This document shows positions 1 through 9,663 of a DNA stretch of 64,000 nucleotides, piece by piece. This DNA is from Vicinamibacteraceae bacterium. Its GTDB lineage: Bacteria > Planctomycetota > Phycisphaerae > Phycisphaerales > UBA5793. Numbering within the stretch: the first letter of the stretch is position 1; each line of letters starts with the position of its first letter. A model generated the notes under the pieces. The model did no database searches and had not been told where the DNA came from. It saw only the letters and a list, made by a program, of their open reading frames with translations. Position numbers and translations under genes: made by a program. The stretch is from contig WYBR01000070.1 in the NCBI GenBank assembly GCA_011525805.1, positions 80,588 through 144,587 of the forward strand. The letters run 5' to 3'.

Positions 1-1
1 G

Positions 2-157
2 GCGTTCCTGAGTTACTTCGTCGATGAAAAAACGCCCTGGGCCCACATCGACATCGCCGGCACAAGCAACATCGACTCCGATCAGTCGCCCTTCGTCGCC
101 GGGCCGACGGGCTTCGGCGTGCGCCTTCTGGCTTCGGTGTTGGAGAACTGGGAGTGA
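2..157 (+). CDS. pepA: Leucyl aminopeptidase (M17 family), C-terminal fragment; the 5' end lies outside the window
   Basis: The frame is open from the window edge and reads AFLSYFVDEKTPWAHIDIAGTSN...GPTGFGVRLLASVLENWE, then TGA at 155-157. WAH-IDIAG and GxTGxGVRLL are typical C-terminal M17 motifs. It is absent from the ORF track because no start lies in the window. Confidence 0.6.
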   Translation, partial: AFLSYFVDEKTPWAHIDIAGTSNIDSDQSPFVAGPTGFGVRLLASVLENWE

Positions 158-160
158 GTC

Positions 161-424
161 GTGCCTCTCAGCGACGACGATTTCGACCCTGAGGAGGAGG
201 GGCCGAGCGAGGCAGACCTCGGCCGCTTCAGCGACAGCACGATTCGATGCCGCGAGTGCGGGGCGATGCTCTACGCTGGAGTGGACCTGTGCAGCCGCTG
301 CGGGGCGGTGCAATTCCACGAACGAGACGCAGGCGGGCTGCGCAACCCCCTCCTGCGGCATCCCTGGCTGCTGCTGGCGGTCGTCATTGTGACGCTCATC
401 GCCTTCGTGCTCATCGTGCTCTGA
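161..424 (+). CDS. Small zinc-ribbon membrane protein (hypothetical)
   Basis: 87-aa ORF with a GTG start 3 nt after the upstream stop. It has a CxxC...CxxC pair (CRECG...CSRCG), a C-terminal hydrophobic helix (WLLLAVVIVTLIAFVLIVL) and GC-rich third codon positions. Confidence 0.45.
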   Translation: MPLSDDDFDPEEEGPSEADLGRFSDSTIRCRECGAMLYAGVDLCSRCGAVQFHERDAGGLRNPLLRHPWLLLAVVIVTLIAFVLIVL

Positions 425-548
425 GACGGAATGGGGGCGGGGCGATAGTCGATCCGCCCTATTCGGGCGTTTCCGACCGAGTTCTCTCGATCCTGATCGA
501 CCGCCCGCGCATAACCTTGGGCGGGTGGAATCCGAAGGGAGCAATGAC

Positions 549-1421
549 ATGAACACCATCAGACCCGTCCTGGGGCTTGGAATGCTGGCCGCGGCCGCAC
601 TGCTGGCCGTGGGCTGCGACCGCAGCGAATCGGCCTCGACCGACTCGACCGCGAAGTCGCCGGAGTTTCAGAGCGCGACGGGGGAAGTTCCGGAGTGCTG
701 TGCGCCGCCGGACACGATCATCCGCCGCACGCCCGGCGAGACCGCGGCTGAGGCTGAGGCGGAGGCGGCATCTGTGGCCGAGGCGGCCGACGAGGCCATC
801 TTCGCCGAGAACACGGCGGACCTCATCGCGAAAATCGGCTCGATCCAGACTTCCGCCGATGCGTCCATCGACGGGACGATCATCGGCCGCAAGGTCAATT
901 TCGATCTCGAGTTCACGAACGAGGATGGGCAGAAGGTCAATCTCGCCAGGGACTACGCGGGTCAGACGCTCGTCATCTCGACGATCTTCACGTCATGTCC
1001 GACGCCGACCGCCTGCCCGCGAATCACGGCGGACTTCGCCGAGATGGCGCGGAACCTGCCGTCCGAGTATGCGGACAAGGTCCGGTTCCTGCTCATCAGT
1101 TTCGATCCTCTTAATGACACGCCCGAGGTGCTCCGGGCGTTCGGGCGCACGCACGGCGTGGACTTCGACCGGGTGGACCTGCTCGTTTCGGACGTGGAGA
1201 CGATCAAGCGGCTGATGGTGCGTGAACTGGAGATTCCGATCTCGATCGACGCGTCGAACGACTCTTTTGCGAACCACGCGCTGATGGCGCACATCGTGAA
1301 CGCGGATGGTTATGTGGTCGTGGAGCGGACGGCGTCGAGCAGCGCGAAGATCGCGATGCTGCTGGACGAAGCGCTCCGTGCGGCGAGGATGCCCTTCACG
1401 CCACCCGATAACGGCCAGTAG
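549..1421 (+). CDS. SCO1/SenC-family thioredoxin-fold copper chaperone-like lipoprotein
   Basis: Lipobox LLAVGC lies near the N-terminus. The core reads LVISTIFTSCPTPTACPRI...FLLISFDPLNDTP...ANHALMAHIVNADGYVV, with an SCO-like Cys pair and a downstream His. The Cys spacing is CxxxxxC rather than the canonical CxxxC. I chose the ATG at 549 (GGGAG Shine-Dalgarno upstream) over the track start at 525. Confidence 0.7.
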   Translation: MNTIRPVLGLGMLAAAALLAVGCDRSESASTDSTAKSPEFQSATGEVPECCAPPDTIIRRTPGETAAEAEAEAASVAEAADEAIFAENTADLIAKIGSIQTSADASIDGTIIGRKVNFDLEFTNEDGQKVNLARDYAGQTLVISTIFTSCPTPTACPRITADFAEMARNLPSEYADKVRFLLISFDPLNDTPEVLRAFGRTHGVDFDRVDLLVSDVETIKRLMVRELEIPISIDASNDSFANHALMAHIVNADGYVVVERTASSSAKIAMLLDEALRAARMPFTPPDNGQ

Positions 1422-1607
1422 GCGCCGTTGATGCCGATGGCGCGGGCTCGCGGGCCTAGGGGGGCTGATCCGCCGGGCGGATGCTAAACCAGACAAACTG
1501 TGCCGCCGATGAACGCCGAGGAGTACCGGCGTCGGGCGACGGCTGCGCGGTGAGCCTGCGCGTGCCGGACGCGGGCGCTGAGCGCGCCGAGATGGAGGCG
1601 GCAGAAG

Positions 1608-2873
1608 ATGGCCCTGGGCTTTTTCAAATCGAGCATCGCGCCGGTGGCGATCGACTTCGGCTATGCCGAGTTGAAGTTGCTCCAGGTGCAGCCCGGTGAG
1701 CCGGCGACGCTCGTCGCCGCGGCGCGCGAGGTCATTCCCGAGGCCGCGCGAAACGACCCCGCCGCCCGCCAGAGTTTCCTCGCCGATCGACTGCCCCGTC
1801 TGATCCGCGACGGCGGGTTCAAGGGCAAGACGGCGATCTGCTCCATCCCGGCGTGGCAGACGTTCGTGCAGCACATGCAGGTCCGCGCGGGCGAAGGGTC
1901 CGACGGCGTGACGAACCAACTCAAGATCCAACTCCAGGCCGTTATCGCCTGCGACCCCAACAACGTCGTGGTCCGCCACGTCGAGGTCGGCGAAGTGTTC
2001 CGCGAGAACCAGCCGATGCTCGAAGTGATCTGCTTCGCGGTGGCGCGCGACGTGGTGATGCGGCAGATTGAACTGCTCAACCGCTGCCGCATGGAGATCG
2101 GCGGCTTCCACGCCGAACCCATCGCCGTCGTCAAGTCCTTCCAGCACCTCTTCCGGCGCGACGGCGATGAACTGACGACGACGCTCTACGTCGATCTCGG
2201 GGTGAGCGGCACCAAGGCGATGATCGCGCACGGGCGCGACATCCGATTCGCCAAGTCAATCCCGGTGGGGGGGCGCCACTTCGACCAGCGGATCGCCGAA
2301 GTGCTCAACTGCGACACCGCGGCGGCGCGGGCGCATCGGCAGGCGGAGAGTCGCGGGGGAGTCGCCGCGCCGGCGACGTCCGTGCCGGTTCGCGCCGGAG
2401 CCGGCGCGTTGCTGACGGCTGCGGCGCCGGCCGCGGCCCGCGGGACCCCCGCCGCCGGCACGATCCACGATCGCCGGGCCGGCAACACGCCCAGGGAGTT
2501 CGCCCCGCTCGCCGGGGGCGCCGACGCGCCGCAGTCGCCCGAGGAGGGCGGCGAGCGCGAGCCGGGCGTGCGCCAGGCGATGCAGCCGCTCGTCGAGCAA
2601 CTCATCGACGAACTGCGGCTGTGCGAGCGGTATCACCACCGCCTCTTCGCCGACCGGCCGGTGGATCGGCTGGTGTTCGTCGGCGGCGAGAGCATGGACC
2701 GCACGCTGTGCCGGATGGTCGCGGAGGCGATGGGAGTGGTGACGTACCAGGGCAATCCGTTCGGCCGGCTTCGCCGGACGGGCGAGGAGCGCTTCGTCGG
2801 CTTCGACGGGACGCACGCGGAGACGGGCTGGTCCGTTGCGCTGGGGTTGTGCGCGTGCGAAGGCGGCGGCTGA
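1608..2873 (+). CDS. pilM: Type IV pilus assembly protein PilM (actin-like ATPase fold)
   Basis: The N-terminus FFKSSIAPVAIDFGYAELKLLQV and the overall length match PilM. It is the first gene of a pilMNO-like block. An Ala/Pro-rich insertion sits around aa 240-320. Confidence 0.75.
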   Translation: MALGFFKSSIAPVAIDFGYAELKLLQVQPGEPATLVAAAREVIPEAARNDPAARQSFLADRLPRLIRDGGFKGKTAICSIPAWQTFVQHMQVRAGEGSDGVTNQLKIQLQAVIACDPNNVVVRHVEVGEVFRENQPMLEVICFAVARDVVMRQIELLNRCRMEIGGFHAEPIAVVKSFQHLFRRDGDELTTTLYVDLGVSGTKAMIAHGRDIRFAKSIPVGGRHFDQRIAEVLNCDTAAARAHRQAESRGGVAAPATSVPVRAGAGALLTAAAPAAARGTPAAGTIHDRRAGNTPREFAPLAGGADAPQSPEEGGEREPGVRQAMQPLVEQLIDELRLCERYHHRLFADRPVDRLVFVGGESMDRTLCRMVAEAMGVVTYQGNPFGRLRRTGEERFVGFDGTHAETGWSVALGLCACEGGG

Positions 2874-2923
2874 GTCGCCGCTGGGGATGACGGGAGAACG
2901 CTCAACGAGGATTGGAGTGACTT

Positions 2924-3739
2924 ATGCCGCATGCCAGTTTCCTTCCTGAGGACTACGTCGCTCAACGGGCTGAGCGGCGCACGAGCCTGCTGAGTCTGAC
3001 GCTCTTCATCGTGGTGATGACGGCGGTGGTCGGCGCGTTCCTCGTCACCAACCGCCAGTGGTCGCGCGTCAAGGTCGAGCAGCAGGAGATCAACGTCCGC
3101 TACACCGAGGCGGCCAAGCGCATCGGCGAACTCGAGGCCCTCGAGCGCCAGAAGCAGCAACTCGTCGAGCGGGCGGAGGTGGCGGCGGCGCTCGTCGAGC
3201 GAGTGCCTCGCTCGATCCTGCTCGCCGAACTCATCAATCGCATGCCCGACGCCGTGAGCCTTCAGGAGTTCGACCTCAAGTCGGAGCGCGAGAAGATCAA
3301 GCGCGTGGCGCCGGCGGCGGCGAAGGTGAAGTCGATCACCACGGCGCCCAAGCCCGGGCGCACGCCGACCAAGGCGGACGAAGCGGAGGAGCGCAAGATC
3401 GAAGTGCCCGTCTACCAGGTGGCGATCGAGATGGAGGGGTACGCGCCGTCGAACCAGCACGTGGCGGAGTATCTCACGAACCTCGGCGCCTGCGCCCTGC
3501 TGCGGGACGTGGAATTGCGCTTCTCGAAGGAGACGAAGGTGGCGGACCAGTCGGTGCGGGTGTTCCGCATCCGGGCTCTGATCGACCCGAAGGCGGACGC
3601 GAAGCAGTTCGAGCCGCTCAAACTCCGCCGCTCGATGCGGGACCCGATGGACAACACGCTGGAGTTCGAGCAGTTCGACCCGAGCCTGATCGAGGTGGAC
3701 CTCGAGGGCGAAGAGCCGCCCACGAACGGGGGGAAGTGA
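2924..3739 (+). CDS. pilN: PilN-like fimbrial assembly protein (bitopic membrane protein)
   Basis: LPEDYV...RR is followed by a single TM helix (LLSLTLFIVVMTAVVGAFLV) and then a coiled region. It sits between pilM and pilO. Confidence 0.6.
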   Translation: MPHASFLPEDYVAQRAERRTSLLSLTLFIVVMTAVVGAFLVTNRQWSRVKVEQQEINVRYTEAAKRIGELEALERQKQQLVERAEVAAALVERVPRSILLAELINRMPDAVSLQEFDLKSEREKIKRVAPAAAKVKSITTAPKPGRTPTKADEAEERKIEVPVYQVAIEMEGYAPSNQHVAEYLTNLGACALLRDVELRFSKETKVADQSVRVFRIRALIDPKADAKQFEPLKLRRSMRDPMDNTLEFEQFDPSLIEVDLEGEEPPTNGGK

Positions 3740-3741
3740 TC

Positions 3742-4305
3742 ATGCGATTCGGAGTGCGTGAAATGCTGTTCATCGTCGTGCTGCTGGCGGTTCCGGTGGC
3801 GGCGTTCTGGTTCGTCTTCAAGCCGCGCAACGAGGACATCGCCGCCGCCCGCGGCGAGATCGCCGCCAAGCGGCAGACCCTCGAACGACTCAACGAGGCG
3901 TCGCTGAAGATCAAGAACCTCGGCGAGGCCATCGAGCGCGGGCAGGAGGCGATCGAGGTGATCGAGGCGAAACTGCCCGCCGAGCAGAGCGTGGACGAGG
4001 TGCTGCGGCAGGCGTCGGAGATCGCCAACCGCCACAACCTGCGCATCAAGTCCGTCACGCCGGAGAAGAAGGTCCCCGCGTCGCAGTACATGGAGTTGCC
4101 CATCAAGTGGGAACTGAGCGGCAACTTCGACGGGTTCTACGAGTTTCTGCTCAACCTCGAGCAGTTGCCTCGCCTGACGCAGATCCGCAACCTGAACATC
4201 AAGCGGACGGAGCAGGACGAGGGAGAGATGACCGCGTCGTTCACGCTGAGCATCTACTTCCAGCCGCGCACCGCGCCGACGACGCTCGTGGAGGTTTCGC
4301 CATGA
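3742..4305 (+). CDS. pilO: PilO-like pilus assembly protein
   Basis: The ATG at 3742 is in frame inside track ORF 3058-4305. An N-terminal TM helix (MLFIVVLLAVPVAAFWFVF) is followed by a coiled coil, then ...ELSGNFDGFYEFLLNLEQLPRLTQIRNLNI, which matches the PilO C-terminal domain pattern. Confidence 0.7.
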   Translation: MRFGVREMLFIVVLLAVPVAAFWFVFKPRNEDIAAARGEIAAKRQTLERLNEASLKIKNLGEAIERGQEAIEVIEAKLPAEQSVDEVLRQASEIANRHNLRIKSVTPEKKVPASQYMELPIKWELSGNFDGFYEFLLNLEQLPRLTQIRNLNIKRTEQDEGEMTASFTLSIYFQPRTAPTTLVEVSP

Positions 4306-4997
4306 CGATGGAGCACTTCAATCCGCAGGCCGGCCACATCCCCGATGCGTCGGGGGTTGAGGGAACCGACGGCGGGCCCCTTGAGCACATCGACCTCGTC
4401 GGCACGGCCTCGTCCAAGCGACGCGTCAACGACGCCACCATCGTCCTCGTCGGGACCCTCGTCGTCGGCGCCGGCATTCTCGGCGGCATGCGCTGGCTCG
4501 GCACCCAGTCGGGCAACCTCGGCGTCGACAAGGCGATCGAGAAAACCGTCAATGAGTTCCTTGGCCGTTCGACGAAGAGTTCCGCCTCCGGTTCCGTGTC
4601 GGGCGCCGCCCTCGACTCCGACGCCATGCTCGCCTCCCTCACGGAGGATCGGACCGAGGCGCAGGTTCCGCTCGATCAGGTCAAGAAAAACCCGTTCGTG
4701 TTGCGCCTGGCACAGTCGGCGACGACGGGCGGCGAGGAGGCGCCGCTCAACGACACGACCGCGGCGCGCGAGGCGGAGCGAATCCGGCAACTCCAGATGT
4801 CCTACGAGCGCGACGTCAAGCGCATGCGGCTGAGTTCCATCATGGGCCAGGAGGGCAAGCGCGTCGCCGTGCTCGACAACCTCGTCGTGCAGGTGGGTGA
4901 CGTCGTCAAAGACGTGTTCTCGGTCCGGGAGATCACGGCCTTCGAAGTGGTGCTCGTTTCCGAGGGCCTGGAGTTCCGTAAGAGCCTCAAGGACTGA
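4302..4997 (+). CDS. PilP/GspB-like pilus assembly protein (hypothetical)
   Basis: The ATG at 4302 overlaps the pilO stop (ATGA). It has one TM helix (IVLVGTLVVGAGILGG). The C-terminus, LSSIMGQEGKRVAVLDNLVVQVGDVVKDVFSVREITAFEVVL, resembles the small beta domain of PilP/GspB-type proteins. Confidence 0.4.
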   Translation: MTMEHFNPQAGHIPDASGVEGTDGGPLEHIDLVGTASSKRRVNDATIVLVGTLVVGAGILGGMRWLGTQSGNLGVDKAIEKTVNEFLGRSTKSSASGSVSGAALDSDAMLASLTEDRTEAQVPLDQVKKNPFVLRLAQSATTGGEEAPLNDTTAAREAERIRQLQMSYERDVKRMRLSSIMGQEGKRVAVLDNLVVQVGDVVKDVFSVREITAFEVVLVSEGLEFRKSLKD

Positions 4998-5023
4998 CGC
5001 CTGGCGCGCCTGAGCAGCGACTC

Positions 5024-7051
5024 ATGGGAAGATTCGATCTCGACAGTCTGCTGACCGAACTGGGCGTGAGGCGCGCGGGCGAAGGCGCTGCGCCCGCGGC
5101 GGCGGCGCCGACCGAGGCGCCGATCGAGCCACCGATCGATTCCGCGAGCGCCGCAGCCGCGCCGGGGCCGCCGCCCGGCGCCGAGCCCGCCGAAGTGCCG
5201 CGCCCCGCCGCAGGCGCGACGAACGCCAAGCCGACCGCGGCGCGCCGGCCCGAGGCGGCTTCGACGGCGAAGCGCGAGGCGCCGCGTCCCGACGCGGATG
5301 ATGCGCTGGGCCTGCTGTGGGGACCGCCCGAGGGCGGCCGGCCGCGGGAGACGCGAGGGCGCGACCTGGGTGCGGAACTGCACGCTGCGGGCGCCATCGC
5401 CGCCGACCAGTTGAGCAGCCTCCGCACCGTGCTGCGCCAAAGCCCCGGGCGGACCGAGCGGGACGTGCTCCTCGAGATGGGCGTGCCGGAGGAGCAGATC
5501 CAGGAGACCGTGGCGCGGCTGTACGGCCTGCCGTTCGAGCGGATCAATCCCGACGACGGGTACCACGCGTCCTACTTCGAGCGGCTCGGGTCGGAATTCT
5601 GCTCGCGCCACCGCGTCATGCCGCTGCGCAAAGACGGGCCTCGCCTCATCCTCGGAACGGTCGAGCCGGACGACGTGTTCGTCGTGGACGAAGTTCGCCG
5701 TGTCCTCGGCGTGTCGGCGATCCGGCAGGTCATCGTCACCCAGTCTGACGTCAACCTCATCATCGAGGTGCAGTCGCAGGGCGAGGAGCAGGAACTCGCC
5801 GTCAACGACATTCTCGCGGACATTGACGAGGGCGACGTCGAGGTCGTGGAGAACGACCAGGAGGACGTCGACTTCGCCAAGCAGGCGGGCGAGTCGCCGG
5901 TCATCCGCTACGTCAACTTCATCATCCAGACGGCGCTCAAAGAAGGCGCGTCCGACATCCACATCGAGCCGGCGGAGAAGAAACTCAAGGTCCGATTCCG
6001 GATCGACGGCATCCTCTTTGACATGATGAACCCGCCGTACAAGATGCACGCGGCGATCATCTCGCGCCTCAAGATTATGGCGAACCTCGACATCTCCGAG
6101 CGCCGCCTGCCGCAGGACGGGCGCATCCGCGCCGTCGTCGCCGGGCGCAAACTCGATCTGCGCGTCTCCACGCTTCCGACGGTGACGGGGGAGAAGTGCG
6201 TCCTGCGCATCCTCGACGCGCGCTCGATCGCGGTGGGCCTCGAGCAACTCGGCTTCGACGAAGAGACCCTGCACATCTGGCGGCGCCAGATCAAGCAGCC
6301 GCACGGCATCATCCTCGTCACCGGCCCGACGGGCTCGGGCAAGACGACGACGCTCTACTCGTCGCTGCGCGAGATGGACACGAAGCGCCTGAACGTCTCG
6401 ACGACGGAGGACCCGGTCGAGTACCACCTCGACGGGATCACGCAGGTGCAGATCCACGACAAGATCGGCATGTCCTTCGCGGCCGCGCTGCGCAGCCTGC
6501 TTCGCCAGGATCCGGACGTGGTGATGGTGGGCGAAATCCGCGACGCCGAGACGGCCCGGATCGCCATTCAGGCCTCGCTCACCGGCCACCTCGTGTTGAG
6601 CACGCTGCACACGAACGATGCGCCCAGTTCGGTGACGCGCATGATCAACATCGGCGTCGAGCCGTTCCTCCTCGGGGCCGCGATCAACGCCGTGCTCGCG
6701 CAGCGCCTCGTCCGCCGCATCTGCTCGCACTGCAAGGCCGAGGAGACGCCCAGCGAGGACGTGCGCGAGTTCCTCATGACGCAGGGCCTCAGCGGCGACC
6801 GCGTGAGCAAAGGCAAGGGATGCGACCGCTGCCGCCAGACGGGTTACGGCGGGCGATTGGGCATCTACGAACTCCTCGTGCTCGACGACGTGACGCGTGA
6901 CGCCATCGCCCGCAGCCCGTCGGTCACCGAGTTCCGCCGCATGTGCGTCGAGCGGGGCATGGTGACGCTGAGGCAGGATGGTCTCGCAAAGGTCGTTCGC
7001 GGACTCACCACGGTCGAGGAAGTGCTGCGCGTGACCGAAGCGACGATCTGA
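5024..7051 (+). CDS. pilB: Type IV pilus assembly / type II secretion ATPase (PilB/GspE family)
   Basis: Walker A GPTGSGKTTT, Asp box, Walker B VVMVGEIRD, His box LTGHLVLSTLHTND and a tetracysteine CSHC...CDRC motif are present. An Ala/Pro-rich extension of about 110 aa sits at the N-terminus. Confidence 0.9.
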   Translation: MGRFDLDSLLTELGVRRAGEGAAPAAAAPTEAPIEPPIDSASAAAAPGPPPGAEPAEVPRPAAGATNAKPTAARRPEAASTAKREAPRPDADDALGLLWGPPEGGRPRETRGRDLGAELHAAGAIAADQLSSLRTVLRQSPGRTERDVLLEMGVPEEQIQETVARLYGLPFERINPDDGYHASYFERLGSEFCSRHRVMPLRKDGPRLILGTVEPDDVFVVDEVRRVLGVSAIRQVIVTQSDVNLIIEVQSQGEEQELAVNDILADIDEGDVEVVENDQEDVDFAKQAGESPVIRYVNFIIQTALKEGASDIHIEPAEKKLKVRFRIDGILFDMMNPPYKMHAAIISRLKIMANLDISERRLPQDGRIRAVVAGRKLDLRVSTLPTVTGEKCVLRILDARSIAVGLEQLGFDEETLHIWRRQIKQPHGIILVTGPTGSGKTTTLYSSLREMDTKRLNVSTTEDPVEYHLDGITQVQIHDKIGMSFAAALRSLLRQDPDVVMVGEIRDAETARIAIQASLTGHLVLSTLHTNDAPSSVTRMINIGVEPFLLGAAINAVLAQRLVRRICSHCKAEETPSEDVREFLMTQGLSGDRVSKGKGCDRCRQTGYGGRLGIYELLVLDDVTRDAIARSPSVTEFRRMCVERGMVTLRQDGLAKVVRGLTTVEEVLRVTEATI

Positions 7052-7228
7052 TGGTCGGCGAGCGGGGGTGCGGCGGGTCCGGAAAACCCGGGAGCCGCGC
7101 GCGGCCAAATCGGGAATCAATGCGGGGTTATGGGTTATCCGGGGGCGTGAAATGACCGATGTAGCGGGCAGCGCCGACCGGCCCGCGGGCCGGACGGGCC
7201 GTCCCGATTCCACGAGGGGTGAGCACCG

Positions 7229-8284
7229 ATGGACTTCAACACGATTCTCAAGACCGCGGCCGAGCACAACGCCTCGGACATTCACATCGTCGCCGGGCAC
7301 CCGCCGCTCATGCGCGTGCACACGATCGTGACGCCGATGGACTATCCGGTCATCACCCCGGAGTCGGCGCAGCGGATTCTCGAGCAGGTGGCGCCGCCCA
7401 ACGCGCTTGAGACGTTCAAGAAGCAGAGCGACTCGGACTTCTCCTACGAGATTCCCGGCGTGGGCCGCTACCGCGTCAACGCGCACATGCAGCGCAAGAG
7501 CGTGGCGATGGCCTTTCGCGCCATCAAGTCCAAGGTGCCGCCGCTCGAAACGCTCAACCTGCCCGACGTGATCGGGCGTCTGACCTACCTGCCGCGCGGC
7601 CTGGTGCTCGTCACCGGCGACACCGGCTCGGGCAAGTCCACCACCCTCGCCGCCATGATCCAGGCGATGAACGAGCGCTACCGCAAGCACATCATCACTC
7701 TCGAAGACCCGATCGAATACGCCTTCGAGTCCAACAAGAGCGTGATCGAGCAGCGGGAACTCGGGGCCGACATGCCGAGTTTCGCCTCGGGCCTCAAGCA
7801 CATCCTCCGCCAGGACCCGGACATCATCCTCGTCGGCGAAATGCGCGACCTCGAGACCACGGCGCTGGCCATCACCGCGGCGGAAACCGGGCACCTCGTC
7901 CTGAGCACCCTGCACACCGTCAACGCGTCGCAGACGGTCGAGCGCATTGTGGACATGTACCCGGCAGACCAGCAGAACCAGATCCGCTCCATGCTCGCGA
8001 ACACGCTCCAGGCGGTCGTCTCGCAGACCCTCTTCAGCCGCATCGACCAGCAGGGCATGGTGCCCGGCGTGGAGATCATGCTCTGCACCCCTGCGGTGCG
8101 CAACATCATCCGCGAGAACCGCTCCTTCGAGATTCCCAACGTCATCGAGACGAACCGCAACCTCGGCATGGTGAGCCTCGACACGTCGATCGGCGAGTTG
8201 TACTTCAACGGCATGATCAGCCGCGAGGATGCGATCGCGCAAGCGGCGTATCCGGACAAACTGGAGCGGGCGCTGGCGGCCTAG
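7229..8284 (+). CDS. pilT: Twitching-motility retraction ATPase PilT
   Basis: ASDIHIVAGHPPLMRVHT, Walker A GDTGSGKSTT, IILVGEMRD, TGHLVLSTLHT and a length of 351 aa are typical of PilT. Confidence 0.9.
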   Translation: MDFNTILKTAAEHNASDIHIVAGHPPLMRVHTIVTPMDYPVITPESAQRILEQVAPPNALETFKKQSDSDFSYEIPGVGRYRVNAHMQRKSVAMAFRAIKSKVPPLETLNLPDVIGRLTYLPRGLVLVTGDTGSGKSTTLAAMIQAMNERYRKHIITLEDPIEYAFESNKSVIEQRELGADMPSFASGLKHILRQDPDIILVGEMRDLETTALAITAAETGHLVLSTLHTVNASQTVERIVDMYPADQQNQIRSMLANTLQAVVSQTLFSRIDQQGMVPGVEIMLCTPAVRNIIRENRSFEIPNVIETNRNLGMVSLDTSIGELYFNGMISREDAIAQAAYPDKLERALAA

Positions 8285-8366
8285 GCGACCGGGCATGCGG
8301 ATCGGATGCGGCGCGTGATCCGCTTGCGTCTTCGCATGTTCCTTCGAGGCGATTGAGGAGGCGGGC

Positions 8367-9593
8367 ATGGCGCTGTATCGATACCAGGCAAAGGGCGGCA
8401 ACGGCGAGGTGCGCTCCGGCACCCTCGCGGCCGACAGCGCCATGATGGCGGCGGCGATCCTGCGCAACCAGGGCCAGCGCGTCGTCAGTCTCTCCCCGAT
8501 CGAGTCGGCGCAGGTCAAGAGCCTCGGCGCCACCTTCAAGAGCCTCAACTACAGCAGCGGCCCGAGCCAGCGCGACGTCCTCGACTTCACCACCCAGATG
8601 GCGGTGATGATCCGCGCCGGCATCTCGATCCGCGCCGCCCTCGAAGGCATCGCCGACCAGGTGCAGAACCCCAAGTGGCGCGAAGTGCTCCGCAACGTCC
8701 GGCAGGACGTCGAGGGCGGCCGGCAGTTCTCCGAGGCCATCGCCAAGTATCCCAAACTTTTCAGCCCCCTCTACGTCAACATGGTCCGCGCGTCGGAGAT
8801 GTCCGGCTCGTTCGCGAAGATGCTCGACCGCATCGCCGCCTACATGAGCCAGCAACTCGAAACGCGCAAGATGGTCATCGGCGCGATGATCTACCCGGGA
8901 ATCATCGGGACCATGGCGGTCGCCGTGACCGTCTTCCTGCTCACCTTCGTCCTGCCGCGCTTCGCCGTCGTCTTCAAGGGCAAGGAGGAGCACCTCCCCA
9001 AGCCGACCGTCTTCCTCATGGCGATCTCGGCCTTCATGGTGCAGTACTGGTACGTGCTCATGATCATCGCCTTCGCCCTCGGCGTCGGACTGTTCATCTT
9101 CATGAGGACGCGCATGGGACGGCTGACCGTCGACCGGCTCAAACTCCGCGTGCCGCTCTTCAAGCGCATGTTCCGCGCGCTCTACATCAACCGCAGCCTG
9201 CACACCATGGGCGAACTGCTCAGCGCCGGCGTGCCCATGCTCGACTCGCTCGCCATCACCGGCGACATCTCGGGCAACTCGGTGTACAAGCAGATGTGGC
9301 GGCAGGTCTACGCCTCGGTCAAGCAGGGCAAGAAACTCGTCCAGCCGCTCCAGAAGTCCGTCCTCCTGCCACGCTCCGTCGTCCAGATGATCGCCGCCGG
9401 CGAGGAGTCCGGCAAGTTGTCGGACGTTCTCCAGGAGATCGCGTCCTATTACTCCAAGGTCCTGCGCGACGCGATAAAGACCGTGACGAGTATGATTGAA
9501 CCGATCATGATCATTGTGATGGGTTCGGTCGTCGGATTCATCGCGATGGCGATCATCCTGCCAATCTTCAAGATGTCCTCGCTCGTTAAGTAG
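8367..9593 (+). CDS. pilC: Type IV pilus / T2SS platform protein (PilC/GspF family)
   Basis: 408 aa with a duplicated GspF-type domain (FTTQMAVMIRAGISI... and ...LHTMGELLSAGVPML), three TM segments and a C-terminal ILPIFKM motif. Confidence 0.9.
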   Translation: MALYRYQAKGGNGEVRSGTLAADSAMMAAAILRNQGQRVVSLSPIESAQVKSLGATFKSLNYSSGPSQRDVLDFTTQMAVMIRAGISIRAALEGIADQVQNPKWREVLRNVRQDVEGGRQFSEAIAKYPKLFSPLYVNMVRASEMSGSFAKMLDRIAAYMSQQLETRKMVIGAMIYPGIIGTMAVAVTVFLLTFVLPRFAVVFKGKEEHLPKPTVFLMAISAFMVQYWYVLMIIAFALGVGLFIFMRTRMGRLTVDRLKLRVPLFKRMFRALYINRSLHTMGELLSAGVPMLDSLAITGDISGNSVYKQMWRQVYASVKQGKKLVQPLQKSVLLPRSVVQMIAAGEESGKLSDVLQEIASYYSKVLRDAIKTVTSMIEPIMIIVMGSVVGFIAMAIILPIFKMSSLVK

Positions 9594-9663
9594 GGAAGGG
9601 TGGAGGGGTTCCAAGCCCTCTGAACCGGGCCTGGACGCTCCGGGAACGAGGAAGGTACGCACC

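Noticed and set aside
993-2231. 412-aa minus-strand ORF, plus several Arg-rich plus-strand ORFs (for example 3058-3741 and 10283-11320)
   Set aside because: They overlap well-supported genes (SCO1-like, pilM, pilN, the minor-pilin operon) in other frames or on the other strand. Their extreme Arg/Pro/Gly composition is typical of out-of-frame GC-rich sequence.
2267-2273. G7 run inside pilM as a second slippage site
   Set aside because: It is in frame (PVGGRHF), short, and interior to a conserved gene. Nothing suggests a frameshift there.
4802-8548. 1248-aa ORF on the minus strand spanning pilB and pilT
   Set aside because: It is antisense to two ATPase genes with unmistakable Walker and His-box motifs. 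Its translation is Arg/Ala/Asp/His-rich with no recognisable motif, which is the typical shadow ORF of GC-rich DNA.
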